A stretch of 63,852 nucleotides of DNA, filler included, from Squatina squatina (GCA_031763465.1; 4 parts of 4 records of this genome joined end to end with filler, not necessarily neighbours in it), one strand, 5' to 3'; counted from the whole stretch's first letter, positions 24,928-38,984 are shown. The notes: generated from the sequence alone by a model not told the origin. A program made the numbers and translations.

Positions 24928-26271
24928 NNNNNNNNNNNNNNNNNNNNNNNNNNNNNNNNNNNNNNNNNNNNNNNNNNNNNNNNNNNNNNNNNNNNNNNNN
25001 NNNNNNNNNNNNNNNNNNNNNNNNNNNGTGATCGTATTGAATGGCGGAGCAGGCTCGCGGGGCAGATTGGCCTACTCCTGCTCCTATTTCTTATGTTCTA
25101 CCGTGAAGACAGATACAAAATATTTGTTCAAAGTCTATTCCATTTCCTCGTTTCCCATTATTATTTCAGTTCCCACAACAGCAGGAAAATTTGCCCTGTG
25201 TAACAGTGCGTCTGAGCATCCGATATGCCTATCTGTATCCGACTCTCGCATCGTAGATCCAGAACATGGGGTTGTGAATCTGTAGTGATCCATCCGCATA
25301 AGTTTTTTGGGCATCATTGAACTGTGCTGATGTTTCTTCCTCTTCTGATAGTCAGGGAGGCCTCTTTGTCTTTTTCTGTCACCTTAGCTCCCTGAGCTGT
25401 GGAAGCTGGTTGAGTTTTGCCAGCACTCATCCAGGTCAAGCCATGGTAATCCGTCCGCATTGATTTTGACTGTTAATTTCTGCAGCCACTGATACCAGCC
25501 GATCGGGTGGTTGGCCCGATACGGTGGGTGTGTTTAGGATCCCAAAACCTGTTGTGCTGACGAGAACCGTTATATAATCAGCCTTTTAGGCCTTTTCCAT
25601 CGACTGTTTTATTAGCACTTTGTTTAATTCACCTTGGAATATTCAAGTTTGTGGTAAGTACAATAAAGATAGCATTATTGTCAAAAACATGACAAGCATC
25701 AAAATAACCTTCTGTCAATGGTGTCTGAGCAGTAATGTTAAAAGGGATAGAACGATTCACATTTGGGTGTTAATCCTGCATGTCTCCAGCTGAATTCTAG
25801 GATGTAATCTGATAACAACAAAGCTGGTTTGTGATCATCTAAGTAGCGTTGTTGTTATTGATTGCAGCTGTGGTTTGTTATGATGGGCTTTAATTGTGAT
25901 GTAATCAATACTAATTTAGTTTTAAAAAGCCACATCCATCTGGGGCACTTAGGAAAAAATGTAATGGTTCAAATTACATGCATCATGGATACAGTGTGTG
26001 CATGTAATAATGCCTTGCTGCCAAAAGTCAATCATTAATGAAGATTTTTGATGCACAAAATGAAACCCGATGAGACCATTANNNNNNNNNNNNNNNNNNN
26101 NNNNNNNNNNNNNNNNNNNNNNNNNNNNNNNNNNNNNNNNNNNNNNNNNNNNNNNNNNNNNNNNNNNNNNNNNNNNNNNNNACAACTCCATTTCTACCCA
26201 TTACAAAAGGTCTATCAAGATGTAAATGTTCTCCACTGGTAAAATAAATCAAAGTTTTTAATCTTGCACAG

Positions 26272-26510
26272 GAAATCAAGGTGGATCAGTAGCGATGGCC
26301 CTATTAAAGGATGGCACATTCAAGGTGAGAGCTATTACAAGGAATCCAAGAAAAAAAGAAGTTAAAGAACTGAAATATCTTGGAGCTGAGATAGTGAAAG
26401 CTGATCTGGACAATGAGAAGAGCCTGTTTGATGCATTGAAAGAAGTGTATGGAGTCTTCTTAGTCACAGACTACTGGGAGTATATGGACAAAGATAGAGA
26501 AATACAGCAG
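26272..26510 (+). CDS. NmrA-like family (NMRAL1/NMRAL2-type) exon with Rossmann-fold start
   Basis: CAG acceptor and GTATGA donor, 239 bp, open frame: (G)NQGGSVAMALLKDGTFKVRAITRNPRKK...GVFLVTDYWEYMDKDREIQQ. Collinear with recalled NMRAL1 [29 protein letters not shown]. Paralogue identity unresolved. Confidence 0.9.
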
Positions 26511-29500
26511 GTATGAAGGAAATGATGTACAGAACAGTTTTCCTAAGCACCAGTCTGGTTTAGAACTGTGCCCTCACAGCATGTTGTATATATGTTTTGC
26601 CCACAGTCAATAATAGAGACAGCTGTAAAACATAAAAACCTGTTGCAATTAAGGGACTGAAATCCTGCTCCTGTTTGCTGATGACACAGAGGGAGCAAAA
26701 CAAACAGGATCAGTCCCAGTGCGCCCCATTTGTGCTTGTCCTCGGTTTTCCGTTGGGACTGTGTCGGAGGCATCGGGTGTTTGTGCTGCTCCATGGCACA
26801 AGTCTCATTGCAACATTCACTGGGGTTGGTGAGAATTGTGATGCGTTGTGCCCTTGGAGCCAGGCCAGTGCATTTCACCCTTAGAAGATGGAGCAAAGGA
26901 CTCTCCTGCAGGCAACCTGAAGTGCCTTTAAGACTGACCTTTTCATGAGATTCGTCTTTTTTTTCTGTTTTTGTTTTCTTGGCATCGCACCACTACTTGC
27001 CTCTTTGGATTAGGTGTTAATTGGTTCCCTTTTATTTGATTTTACCTTTACTGTTGCATCCTACCATTCAAAATAGTCGGCTTGACATAGGTTACCCTGC
27101 CTGCCCTCTAGACATCTGAGCACTAAACAGGAAATGCCCAATTTCAAACTTTGCCGTGAGCGGGGCTTGCAGGTGCTATTTTATGAAGCTGCACCATATT
27201 TTTGTGCTCCTGCCCAGGAAATCCAGACCTTTGTGTTCCCACTGCATGATGCAGATTTCACTGGGAGCATGTCATCTGCACTTATATTAGGGGACAGACT
27301 AGCTCTGAAGAAGAGTCCATACCCGAATTGGCTGTTCTCGCCTCGGGGCTTCTCTGGCCTGCTGAGTGTTTCCAGAATCTTCTGTTTTTGTTTCAGATTT
27401 CCAGCATCCACAGTATCTTGCTTCTTGTTCAGGAAATTTGGGGAATTGCCCTCAGTACACATTAGTGCAAAATGTGCCAATGCACCTGGGGTGGAATTTC
27501 AGCCCCTGAATCATCACATTATGCTCTACACACGCAAGACTTGCAACACTTCTGGTGACTTCAGAAAGACATGCTTCCACCTAAAGTGGGATAGGAGGAT
27601 GTGACAGTTCATGACAAGATGCTATTTTCCCCTCCCCCAAATTTTTTTGTCTTATTTGCTCCCCTAATTTATACTCACTGGCCCACGTACAGATGTCTGG
27701 CCGTGAGGTAAATGATCTGCTCCCAGGACTCTGCAATGCACCTTCTGAGATGAACGTGTGTGAAAGGAACCAGGAGAGACTCTCCCATTTATCATTCCAA
27801 CCTAGAGTTACAAAATGTTACAGCTCAGAAGCAGAGCCTTTGGCCCATCATGTCTGTGCTGGTCTTTTTCTCTACATGAGCCACCTAGTCCATTCTTACT
27901 CTCCTTGCTCCCAAAACCCTTTCAATATTCCTCTTTTATAAACAACTACCTAATTTCCATCTAAAAGAATTTATGAACTCAACAACGATTTGTGGCAGAG
28001 AATTCCACATTTCAGCTACCTTCTGTGTAAAGAAATGTGCAGAAATGCCTATCTTCCCCCACTGACATGGCTGAAATCAGGAAATTAGAGTGTGCGGCTA
28101 CCATTTGGTGGCACAGTGTTTTATAACCAGCATTGTGCCACCATGTCACCTTCATAATGCGTTTTTAAGTTAAAGGTGACGTGGACTTGGTGGTCAAAGA
28201 TTCTACCAGCTTGTGTTTTTGTAGTTTTCTGCCTAGTACTTGGGATTTGCAGAAATCTAAACCAAGTTTTGTCAGTTGTATTGGGTTGGGGTCTGTTATC
28301 CTATAAAACACAANNNNNNNNNNNNNNNNNNNNNNNNNNNNNNNNNNNNNNNNNNNNNNNNNNNNNNNNNNNNNNNNNNNNNNNNNNNNNNNNNNNNNNN
28401 NNNNNNNNNNNNNTGAGGTAGAAGATCAGCCGTGGTCTTGTAGAATGGCAGAGCAGGCTCAAGGGGCCGAATGGCCGACTCCTACTCCTATTTCTTATGT
28501 TCTTATTTGTTCACGCTAATCATCCCCTCTACACCCACTCATTCCAGTCTCTGGCTGGTGACTATAAACAAACTGTAGTTTGGTTAGATTGCTGCCGCTG
28601 ATAAAGGATAAATCAAACGTAGTGCTGTGAGAGGCACGTTTAATAATGCACAGATTACATTCTCTGTATCCACAAACTCTGAACAGTTGCTGCTGCTGAC
28701 TGACTTCTCTTTTCATTTTATCTGTAATTATCTGGGTTCTCATGACCAGGGATTCACTGAGTTACAGTATTTCCAATCTGTAATCTCAGGGTGAGAGGAA
28801 GAATTTGAGAATTTTTTTTTTCCTTCCCAAAAAAAACCATAAAACAAAATGACTACCAAGTGAAGGTTACAACTACAAAGGTCTTTGAAATAGTACATGA
28901 TCCTGATTATCGTGAGAAAGATGGCACACTCTGAGCACACTAATTCTTCAACATCTGCTTTTGTTAGATCTATGCATTCCNNNNNNNNNNGTGAGAACAA
29001 TTCCCAGATCTTTCATCAGCGAGGGCAGCAGTGCGTGTAGGACAATCAGTTTCAGGACCCTTGGGCTAAGGAGGAAAAAATCAGTCGAGTTTGGGTTCCT
29101 GATTGCTATCCATGACCTCGATGGTAGAAGTGCATGTGTGTGGACATCCATTGGGGACATGACTGGTTTTGGCTGTGATGGTCTCCGTGGATGGATAACC
29201 TGCTGACTCTCGCTCTCTAGGCTCACACATGAACAAACAATCATTTAAGTGAGGTAGCAGAGGGTAGCCAGCACCCATGGAACTATCCTAGCAAGAGGTT
29301 ACCCCCACCAGGAGCAGGGAGAATCNNNNNNNNNNCTTTGAGGGGAAAAGTAAGTTCCCAGGTCTGAGTATGTTGTTTCTTTATTCAGTATGAAAGTTCC
29401 TGAGGATAGCTAGTCAGGTTCAAATAATTCAAGCTGCAGTGCAGCAAATACAAAACACAATTAAACTATCAACACATTTCACTGATCTGTCTAACAGTTA

Positions 29501-32280
29501 CAGTTAGAAACAGGTGCAGTAAGCTAAGACTCTGTCTAGTTTCCAGAGCAACAGGGATCATTTTACCAGTCTGCTGCCAGTGGAAATTTCACCCACTGGA
29601 AACACAAATCAGAAATTTGAGCGCACACCAGCTGTGATTTTTCAACCAATAAAGTTTTGGGCAATGAGCACCCGAATTTCTATTTGTAAGGCTATTCAGC
29701 AATGCAGACTGATAAAATTACCCCCAACGTGTTTTCCCATTTTTATCCAGCAACCTAAGTGAGCGCAAATAAGGGATACTGTTATCTGGTCCAAGGTCCT
29801 TGCTTTCTCACCCTCTCACCAATCCTTTGCACATCCTGTGTTGCACTTAAAAATCTAAAGTTGAATTTCAAAGACCCTCAATCCATCCCCCTCTTCTGTT
29901 GCACGACTTAAAACTGCTCGTTCCTTCACACAATATTTCCAAGGGAACCACTGACTCTTTGATCTGATTTTCATCTCTATTGATTTCAATGAAAATTTTA
30001 AAAAGGTGGTTTTTGTAATGGGTGGCTGATCCACAATGCCAATTTTACATCCAGGCAGTGAGTTGAAAATGTACCCCGTAGTGCTCGAGTGAAAGCAAAC
30101 AAGTAGCATAAGCTGAATAACAGGTTCTTAATGTAAGTCCTCACAGTGTCTGAAATGTAAACATCACTTTTTATTTGTATTAATGTATCAATTTACCAGA
30201 ATTTCAATTGTTTAGGTGAGATGTAACAGCTGCTTTTAATTTCAATTACCAACAACCACTAACACAATCAGAGCCCACTAAAAGATTGCAGTGCTGGAAG
30301 AGTTACTGGGGCAATGGATATGACGGCATACTCTGAGCCCTCTGCTGCAGAACTCATGTGCAATCTCGGCCTCCAGCTGGCACCTGCACTACCCTTGCTC
30401 CCTGCCCTGGCTAGAGGTCAATCACACCCGGTGTCTCACCATGTGCAGATCATGCCTCTAAGTTATCTGTTAAACTATTTGCAGTGTCAGTATCTGAGCT
30501 GCTGGCTGCGAGTGTGAAATTGTGTGACAGTGTTTCTTCATTATCACTGTCTTCTTCCTCTTCCAACTGTTGTTCTTCCACCACTACCTGGTTAGTTGCA
30601 GTTCTTGGCTATCTGAAAGGAGAATGGAACAAATGTAGGGTTGTGGTGCGGGGAGGTGGGGTGGAAAGTAAGAGGTGCATGCTTACACCATCCGCAGCTC
30701 GTAAATCAGAAGAGATTGTGGGATGAGGGCAAAGTGGGGAAGTAGGAAGGAGGATTAGGTATGAGAATACAGTCTGTAAGGTGTTTTGTTCCCTTTTGCC
30801 TTACAATGATTCTTGGACTCTGGAATTACAAGAACAAAATATACACAACAGATCGGTTTTAGCTCAACCCAAATGAATTAGTTTGCAAAACCACAGTACA
30901 AACCCTTTAACGATTTGGCTGAAACTTACAATCGCCCATGTAGCTGGTTGTTACCGATGTTGATTGTAGGCCTGGACCTGGAGATGACCAGTCTCTGTGT
31001 TTCCTCTCCTGGCTGCAGCCCCGACGTGTCGATGNNNNNNNNNNNNNNNNNNNNNNNNNNNNNNNNNNNNNNNNNNNNNNNNNNNNNNNNNNNNNNNNNN
31101 NNNNNNNNNNNNNNNNNNNNNNNNNNNNNNNNNNGTTTGACCCCAGTATTTTTTGAAAAGTAAAATAAAAATTAAAAACTGCAAATCTGAAATAAAAATA
31201 GAAAATGCTGGCAGTTTGTTTTGATGTTTTAAAAGGAAGTGGTTCAATCATCTATTTGAACCACTTCTGTACAATATAAGTATGACATCAGTGCCTTTCT
31301 ATTCCCAATATCCATCTCAGGGACTGCCGTGTGATGTAAATTTTTTTGCTGCACCACATAAGTGCTTTGTCCTTATGTTATTAATGTCACCCACTGTTCT
31401 GTCAGTTAACTATTGTCACCTTCACACTTCATGATAGTGTGAAATGGTCATTTACATTTCTTTCCCCAGAAGGTGCTGACTCTAGCTGGGGTGCAGTTCC
31501 ATAGATGCAGTCAGCCTTGCCTGGCAAGTGAATGTCAGCAGACATTTTAATCATGCAGGGAATCACAGCCAACCCGCTCCTGTTCACACCCTACAATCAC
31601 ACATGCGGACTATTCAGTAGTATTTAAATAGCAATCAGGAGTAGGCACTCTTGTTGATTTATCCCCGCCATCCAATGGCAGTAAAGGCCAATTGTAGCAT
31701 CTCCAATGCTGCTCCGAATAGACCAGCTAACTCAGCATTGATCAGGTTTATATGGTTTAGGACTTTAATATGTTGTAAAAGTCCTTTTTATGGAACCTAA
31801 GATGTTGCAAGAAAATGTTGTCCTTGCATATTGTAGAGAAGATATGTTTTTTTAAAAAAAACATATCTTCTCTACAATATGNNNNNNNNNNNNNNNNNNN
31901 NNNNNNNNNNNNNNNNNNNNNNNNNNNNNNNNNNNNNNNNNNNNNNNNNNNNNNNNNNNNNNNNNNNNNNNNNNNNNNNNNCACACCTGAATGCATTTCT
32001 GATAGTAACACACAGCCCAGTAGTTAGGCTTCCCCCCCCACCCCCGCCCCTTAACTATCAAAGTGGAGGACTTAGCCATATTAAGTCACACTTGTTAGTG
32101 CATCGTCAGTGAAGCACGTGGCAGCTTCTTCAGTAGTGTGATGCTACTGTACAACTTTTAGGCTCTTGCATATTCTGAAGAGCGGGATTCTTAACACAGC
32201 CGAGTACAACAGTACCACATAGGATGCTCTTTTTCAGCTGGACAGTGATGCAGTCAGTCACATGGGCTGCTGAGATTCAG

Positions 32281-32502
32281 TCAATATGCAAAGCCCTCTG
32301 GATACTGGAGATTGTTGCAGTGATCCATTTCCAGTAAGTAGGCCGCATTGTCATCGAAATGCGTGAGGGGGACAGTATCCTCTTTGTTAATATGACAGTC
32401 GATTTCAGTCTTCAGGAAGGGGCGTTGATTGTCTGGGAAGGCCATAGAGAAAAGTGCCTCAGGGTCACACACAAACTTGTACACATACCGTTCTCCTGCA
32501 AC
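32281..32502 (-). CDS. ETV5: ETV5 last coding exon
   Basis: VAGERYVYKFVCDPEALFSMAFPDNQRPFLK...LTHF...YLLEMDHC...EGFAY*. The GFAY ending and QRPFLK are ETV5-like rather than ETV1 or ETV4. TAG acceptor present. Confidence 0.9.
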   Translation of the reverse strand, partial: VAGERYVYKFVCDPEALFSMAFPDNQRPFLKTEIDCHINKEDTVPLTHFDDNAAYLLEMDHCNNLQYPEGFAY

Positions 32503-33083
32503 CTAAAGTGCAAAAAAAAAATTAGGGTTATGCCTGTTAATCAACTATAATATTTCAGACTAGAGAATTGATTTTAAAAGTTATTACATGTTAAAATAAA
32601 ATGCTCAAGGGTTAAACCTCAATGAAAGTTTTAAACCAATTAACCAAAAGACATGACACAGTAATAGGGTATGCGATGGGCACAATTTACATAAACGTGA
32701 CTGTAAATCAGTGTTTGAACGCATGTCATTTTGAAAGACTGACTACAACTCAACATTCATACTTAAAACAAAAACAGAATTCCATTTTAACATAGTAAAN
32801 NNNNNNNNNGGATATTTAGGGCTGCGCTGATAGTAAGTGAGCAGACTTCACACACAAGCTGCCACTTTAAGTGAGGCTGTCACAGGGCGATAGGCGCCAA
32901 TGCTACAGAGGCCACTATCAATGAGCCCTTTAATTTTTTTGGGGGTGTGCCACCCCTTTAAACGGGCTTCAAATTCCCATGCATGTGCGTTTTTCCCCCC
33001 ATATAACAGTGTGTGCAGCCTGCGTGGGAGCTCCAGATGCAGCTTAATGGGAGCATTGGCCACTTTTTAAAAAAATCTTCCAC

Positions 33084-33185
33084 CTTTTGCATGATCCCCT
33101 TTTCATAGTAATAGCGAAGCGAGCGGCTCAATTTGTCGTAGTTCATCGCGGGGCGGTTCTTCTGGATGCCCCAGCGCCGAGCAAC
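33084..33185 (-). CDS. ETV5: ETV5 ETS-domain exon
   Basis: 102 bp, AG/GT, phase 0-0: [34 protein letters not shown]. Confidence 0.93.
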
Positions 33186-35167
33186 CTGCAGCAAAAACAG
33201 GAGAGAAGGGGAAAAAAAAAATTATATTTGTAGATATGGACACAGCATAAATGAACTCTCAAATGGATGCAAAGATAAAATGACCATAGACTGTGTTTGT
33301 GCGCTATTGATCTATATCCCATTAGTGTGCATTTCAGTAAATGCAAGAGTCTGAATATAGAAATCAATAGAAGGTAATAGCAAGGCCCATAGGTCATCAC
33401 TGTAACCGTAGCAGTGCAACAGCCGCTTGCTAATGGGACTGTTGATGTGGCAAGCATGATTTTAATGAGATTTTGGAAAGTGCTTAGTCTTTATTGGCTA
33501 TTTTGTGTTTTAAAAAAAGGGTGAAAATGACAGTACTTCTGCTCCCAAGGACACCCACTCCAGTACTTTAACACAAATACTGGAAACTGCAATATGAATT
33601 GTAGAACATGATTGAACAAAGACAAAAGAACATAATGTTCGTTCAAAAAAAAAAATCAGAATAATAAATGTTCTCTAAATCCAAGCAGGCTCATGTGTCT
33701 TGTGGTCTTCCTAAAATTAGCTCACTGGCCATCAAGTGTTGCAACTTAATGTGCCCTTCAAATCCCTTGGAGGTCTCCAAGCAATCAGATGAATAAGGTG
33801 CATGTACCAAGCATTCGTCATAAATGGATGCAACCACCAAGTCTAGTTCCAATACGGCATGCTTCACGTCTAGCTCATGGTTCTTATAATTAGGGCTAAA
33901 GATTAGCTTGCGCTTGGCAAATAATGAGTTGTATTATCACCTTGACCACTGACACACAAATCAGAGAAGGAAGCTTTCGATTCAAATCTAATTTGATTCG
34001 GTTGGCCAGTAATTAAAGATTTTCTATTTCATGCATTTTCAAAGCCACAAGCAGACGTCTTAGGTCTGTAAAGTTGCTGTGATTTCAGTCATGATCTGTT
34101 GAAACATGCATCACTCAGACATGCATAAAGCTCATTTCAAGAGCACGACACATTCATTTAATNNNNNNNNNNNNNNNNNNNNNNNNNNNNNNNNNNNNNN
34201 NNNNNNNNNNNNNNNNNNNNNNNNNNNNNNNNNNNNNNNNNNNNNNNNNNNNNNNNNNNNNNAAATATTGGCCCTGACACTGTGATCTCCCCAGGTGGGA
34301 ACAATGTTCCTACGCACCCGGGGAGACATCGCAAAAGCCGGTTACGGGGCTGTACATTATAAGCCCGCATAACCGGCATTTGTGATCTGTCCAGAAACTT
34401 CTGGACAGATCCAACACGGAGGCTGCGAGGCCCATCCCCAGCACAGAGCTTTGCGATATTTTTGCATAGCTTTCTGCTGGGGATCTCTTCAAATTTTTTT
34501 ATGCATGATAAAACCGAGCGAATGTTTTACCATCTGCTTGGTTTTACTGCAGATCGCCATTCACTGCTTCCTATAGGTGATGGTATTTTTAGGCCTAAGC
34601 CGATTAGAAGATTTCAGTTACATCATAGAGCATCAAATTAGTAACATCCTTGAAGTAGCAGTAGTGCAAACTACATAAAACAGTGTGATCCATTAAATAT
34701 CAAAGTCTCGGTATAGGCTCTTGTTATTGTTTAAATAAATATAAAAAAGGATCTGCCACCTAACACAAGCAGGAACATTTCCATTTAAAATTAATACCAG
34801 AAAGGAATTATTCCAAAAGCTGGGTTTTGAGAGTTTCCCCTTCCCCTACGAGGCAAGATTGAGCAAAATGAAAAGGTCACTTTATAGAATGTGCTCAGCT
34901 ACATCTGTCAAGCAACCTCCATAAATTAAGTGTGAAATGCCAACCAAGGCCTATCGCTGCAGTAACAAATCTCTCAGCTTCCTGATGTCAAAAGATAATA
35001 AAAGTGATGCAGAATACTCATGGGCAGGAAGAGGGCCCAGGTTCATTCCTGCAAACCATCAACAACCCATCATTTGACAGTTAGGAGAGACTGCATTTTA
35101 CACCTACTAAAATAATGGATCAATGCGATCTGTGGACCTCAGCAGCAGTCCCGAGTAGAGAACCAAC

Positions 35168-35415
35168 CTGAGTCATAACAGTAGTCTCTTGGCTCCTGCT
35201 TAATCCCAAGGGGGGGCTGGAAATTTTGTCTGCTGGGACCGACGCCTGTAGCGACGTGATCATAACGAGAGTCGTGGTACTCCTGCTTGTAGCCCTGAGG
35301 AGACGGCGAAGGCATCGGTTCTGACATCTGCCTCTGGTAAACTTGCCGACTGTCGCTGGGGACTCCTGACTGGGGTGGGTACGGGTGGCATGGTTCAGAC
35401 ATCTGCCTCTGAAAC
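35168..35415 (-). CDS. ETV5: ETV5 central exon
   Basis: 248 bp, AG/GT: [15 protein letters not shown]...YQRQMSEP...GYKQEYHD...[13 protein letters not shown], with the PEA3-family KQE motifs. Exons between this and the 33084-33185 exon are not visible and are probably lost in the gap. Confidence 0.9.
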
Positions 35416-35933
35416 CTTAATGATAAAACAAGAAGTCAAATATTTATTTTGGGTCTTGGTAATACTGAGGCACTTAACTAAGTAACTGCAGTGGCATTTG
35501 CGAACAGTGGGGAAATGTCACATGATCAAATGTCATGTGATTAACCTTCATGAGCGGTGTCACACGATCAAATCTCCAGGTCAAACCAGAGTTGGAAAAC
35601 CTACCTCAGAGTAAAAGTTGCTCCCCTACCTTCTGTATTTTGAGACATCAGGGAGCAGCATTTTTGCACAAGCGATTGAATGGTGAAACATAGGTACTTT
35701 TGAAGCTGAAGATGAGGCAATGAAGGGTGGGGCTTGTAGTTTGTTTCTGTGGGAGGCATAGGGCAAAGAGAGACAGAGTAAGATGGGGAAAGCGGCAAAA
35801 AGAAAAAAAATATATAAATCCTGCTGTATAACCTATGAATCTGTTAGCTAGCAAAAAAAGCGACTGGACTGTGTGTGTTTAAGTAAAGAGAAAGCTGGGT
35901 GGCAAATCCCCATGTAAGATGGGGCGACTGGAG

Positions 35934-36033
35934 NNNNNNNNNNNNNNNNNNNNNNNNNNNNNNNNNNNNNNNNNNNNTTAATTAATTAANNNNNNNNNNN
36001 NNNNNNNNNNNNNNNNNNNNNNNNNNNNNNNNN
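35934..36033. other. Artificial concatenation linker N44-TTAATTAATTAA-N44
   Basis: 12-mer at 35978-35989. Confidence 0.97.
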
Positions 36034-36089
36034 CCCAATGAGGATTCTAAAGCGGCTGCTTTAAGTTAGGTTTTAAAAAAAAATGTATT

Positions 36090-36353
36090 CATGCCAAGGG
36101 TGGTGGGGGTCTGGAACTCACTGCCTGAAAGGGTGGTAGAGGCAGAAACCGTCATCATATTTAAGAAGTACTTGGATATGCACTTGAAGTGAAACATGCT
36201 TCACACGGCGAATGTAATTTAAGAATGGCTCCATACAGGGCTATGGACCAAGAGCTGGAAAGTGGATTAAGGCTGGATAGCTCTTTTTCGGTCGACACAG
36301 ACACAATAGGCCAAATGGCCTCCTTCTGTGCCGTAAATTTCTATGATTCTATG
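36090..36353 (+). mobile_element. CR1-type LINE 3' end
   Basis: TCTGGAACTCACTGCCTGAAAGGGTGGTAGAGGCAG...GGCCAAATGGCCTCCTTCTGTGC..(TTCTATGA)n tail. Similar ends at 42315-42697 and 46420-46625. Confidence 0.8.
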
Positions 36354-36639
36354 AAACTCTTTCTGTGAAGCCAGGAGGAATAGGAATACTCCCCTGATTC
36401 CACAGACGCTGTGATTGATGCTTCCACCCCTGCTGCCTGCACCAGCCCTTTGGAACTTAACTTTGGGCTGCTTTCAGCAAGGTATTCCACTACTGTGAAC
36501 CATTTCATCTGGTAATCCAATCAAGGACTAGCGAATCTTACTCACACAGGATAGCCATTCCTAAATTATGTACACCATGTGAAGCATATTTCACTTCAAA
36601 GCACTTCCAGATCATAAACACTAATGCAACAACACCCAC

Positions 36640-36773
36640 CTATGCTTCTTTTTGCAATATACCAGCAAGTTATCAAAGAGGAAGAAAACTCGTTCCTGGA
36701 TGTTCCCAGCTGAAATTTTCAGTAAAATCCCTTGCATCAGCATTTCAGTGCATGAATCTGTTAAGTTGGAACC
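36640..36773 (-). CDS. PREX2: PREX2 exon (start of PH domain)
   Basis: 134 bp, TAG/GT: [44 protein letters not shown](R). Too short for the ORF track. Confidence 0.9.
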
Positions 36774-37474
36774 CTATAAAAAAACAAAGTCAAATAATAA
36801 TGATTCTCAGCAGCTCTAAGAGGCTACTGAAAAGTGTACTTCTTCAGTAATGGTTGCATTTTAAAAACAAATAAATCTCCTCCATCATTTACCAAATTAT
36901 ATATCATTTGCTTTTAAATAAACCTTAAAGTGGGTGAATTTGCATGAAGATTTTCTCACTGTTCTGCCTTAACTTCAGCAGAAAAGCCAGGGAAATGTAG
37001 CCATTTGTACCATTTTGCTGAAGTTACAATGGACCACCTGGAGAACCTCCACAGAAATTCACACCCAGAATGTATAATTAAGAACTTACCATGTCTTTTA
37101 AGTTACATTTAAAAAGAGTAAAATGAGAAATAGTGAAGAGCTTGCTATATTTCATCTTTTCTTTCTCATTTACATTGGAAAGCAGAAAATTGGATTTTGA
37201 TGGGTGTGCACTGTATATTCACAATTGCATTTTCTTTATCTCAGTGTGCAATTCACCATGACACTTCAATCCATTTTAGCCAACAAAATCCATAATCTTT
37301 AACCACAAGCTGTTGGAGNNNNNNNNNNNNNNNNNNNNNNNNNNNNNNNNNNNNNNNNNNNNNNNNNNNNNNNNNNNNNNNNNNNNNNNNNNNNNNNNNN
37401 NNNNNNNNNNNNNNNNNNTAGCATAGCTTTAAGTTTGGAGCTGTAAAAGTTTAAACTCGGTAGAGTAGCTATAC

Positions 37475-37636
37475 CTCCCATCCTTCTATATGTGACTGCC
37501 ATTCTTCGAGAATTTCCAGTTTTTCCATTTGTCTCTTGGCTTCATTGATAGTGGAGCACACGGTTTTCATGGCCTGAAGAGCCTCGAGTACTGCTGCATA
37601 GTCATTATGTCTCCTTGGTGTCCTCTTCATCAGTTC
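37475..37636 (-). CDS. PREX2: PREX2 exon (end of DH domain)
   Basis: 162 bp, TAG/GT: [54 protein letters not shown]. Confidence 0.92.
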
Positions 37637-38658
37637 CTAAATAAATGTAAATACGCATTCTTAAAAATGTTTACAACTTTCAGTGACTTTCAATAATAAA
37701 AAGAAATGAAATAGGAGTTCTTTCCTTAAAAATAGAAGCATAGAGTGCAAAAGCAAGGAAGTTAAACCATTCTAAAACACTATTAGGCCCCAGCTGGAGT
37801 ATTGTGGCCAATTTTGGGCGCCACACTTTATGAAGAAGTGTTTGGTAAACCTCTTTTATTTGGCAAGTTTGAGAAGCCAGCCTTATTTCATTGCAATTAC
37901 ATTAATAATAAGCAATCATAAGTTTGGCACAATTCTTCACGGTTTGTGTGAGTAAGCAAATGGAAAAGGTTTGCTGAACAGTTGGAAGTTATTCTAACAT
38001 CCCACTCTTATAATAATTCATTACTGTTCCAGATTACATTTTAGAAAAATAAGGATTTGGACAACAGCGATCAGCCGGTATTCTTATGTTAAAAACTGGA
38101 AAACTAATGCAATATAGTAACTTAAACATTTTCACATGTTTCAGTATCAAATATAAATAGATGCTAGCCTACAAAAATACTTCATTCAACAAAAATATAC
38201 ACTCGCCGAAATAATTAAAGCCTTAGGCAATTCCAAAGTCTTCACAGGACAATTTGTTGTTCTTTAGAAAGATGCATTATTCCATTTGTTTTTTCCTTCC
38301 TTCTGGAAACTTGACGTTATTAGTCTTACTTAGCTGAACCACAGTCTAGACAGATGCATCCATGCCAATTTTTAATTTACTTTTTTCAGTAGAGTTGCAA
38401 ATGCTGCAGATTTAAGAATATCCCAGTACTCTATACAAAAGAAACTATACGAACAGTGCTGCCAAATTACAGTGAAACCATTTTATGAAAATGGCACCAA
38501 ATTAAGAAAAATGTATACAAAATAACTAAAAATAAATCTAAGAACCAATCCTGGTATGAATATTTCACTCTTTGGATATGGGAGGTGAAGTAACATTTTT
38601 ATATATTCAAAATAGACAGTATATGCCATGTAACAACTGATATCATTATCTTAAGTAC

Positions 38659-38760
38659 CTTTAGCAGAAGTGGATACTTGCATATCCTTTGTATGGGAGC
38701 CACTAGATATCCTTCAAGTGGAACGTCAGGGTTCTTCCGTCCTGCTAGCAGCATGCAACC
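38659..38760 (-). CDS. PREX2: PREX2 exon (DH domain)
   Basis: 102 bp, AG/GT: [34 protein letters not shown]. Confidence 0.92.
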
Positions 38761-38864
38761 CTTGTGTTTCAAGATGCAAAATGACTAATTAGATCGTACA
38801 TATATTGATACTTGCAGAGCCTATTATGCAGTTATGAAACAGTTCTTGTACCGATAAATCACTC

Positions 38865-38941
38865 AGTGCAAGTTCAAACTGTCACAGGACAGGAGAGTGT
38901 CAGTTCAAACTGTCACAGGACGGGAAAGTGTCAGTTCAAAA
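38865..38941. repeat. 31-bp tandem repeat, about 2.5 copies
   Basis: AGTTCAAACTGTCACAGGAC(A/G)GGA(G/A)AGTGTC repeated. Confidence 0.85.
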
Positions 38942-38984
38942 TGCTTCATAATTTATCACTTAATCATGTCTTTGTAACTTAATT

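Noticed and set aside
34382-34576. GSLQ in a plus-strand ORF resembling the ETS-domain start GSLQLWQFL
   Set aside because: Wrong strand for ETV5, no continuation, and it lies in MITE-like sequence.
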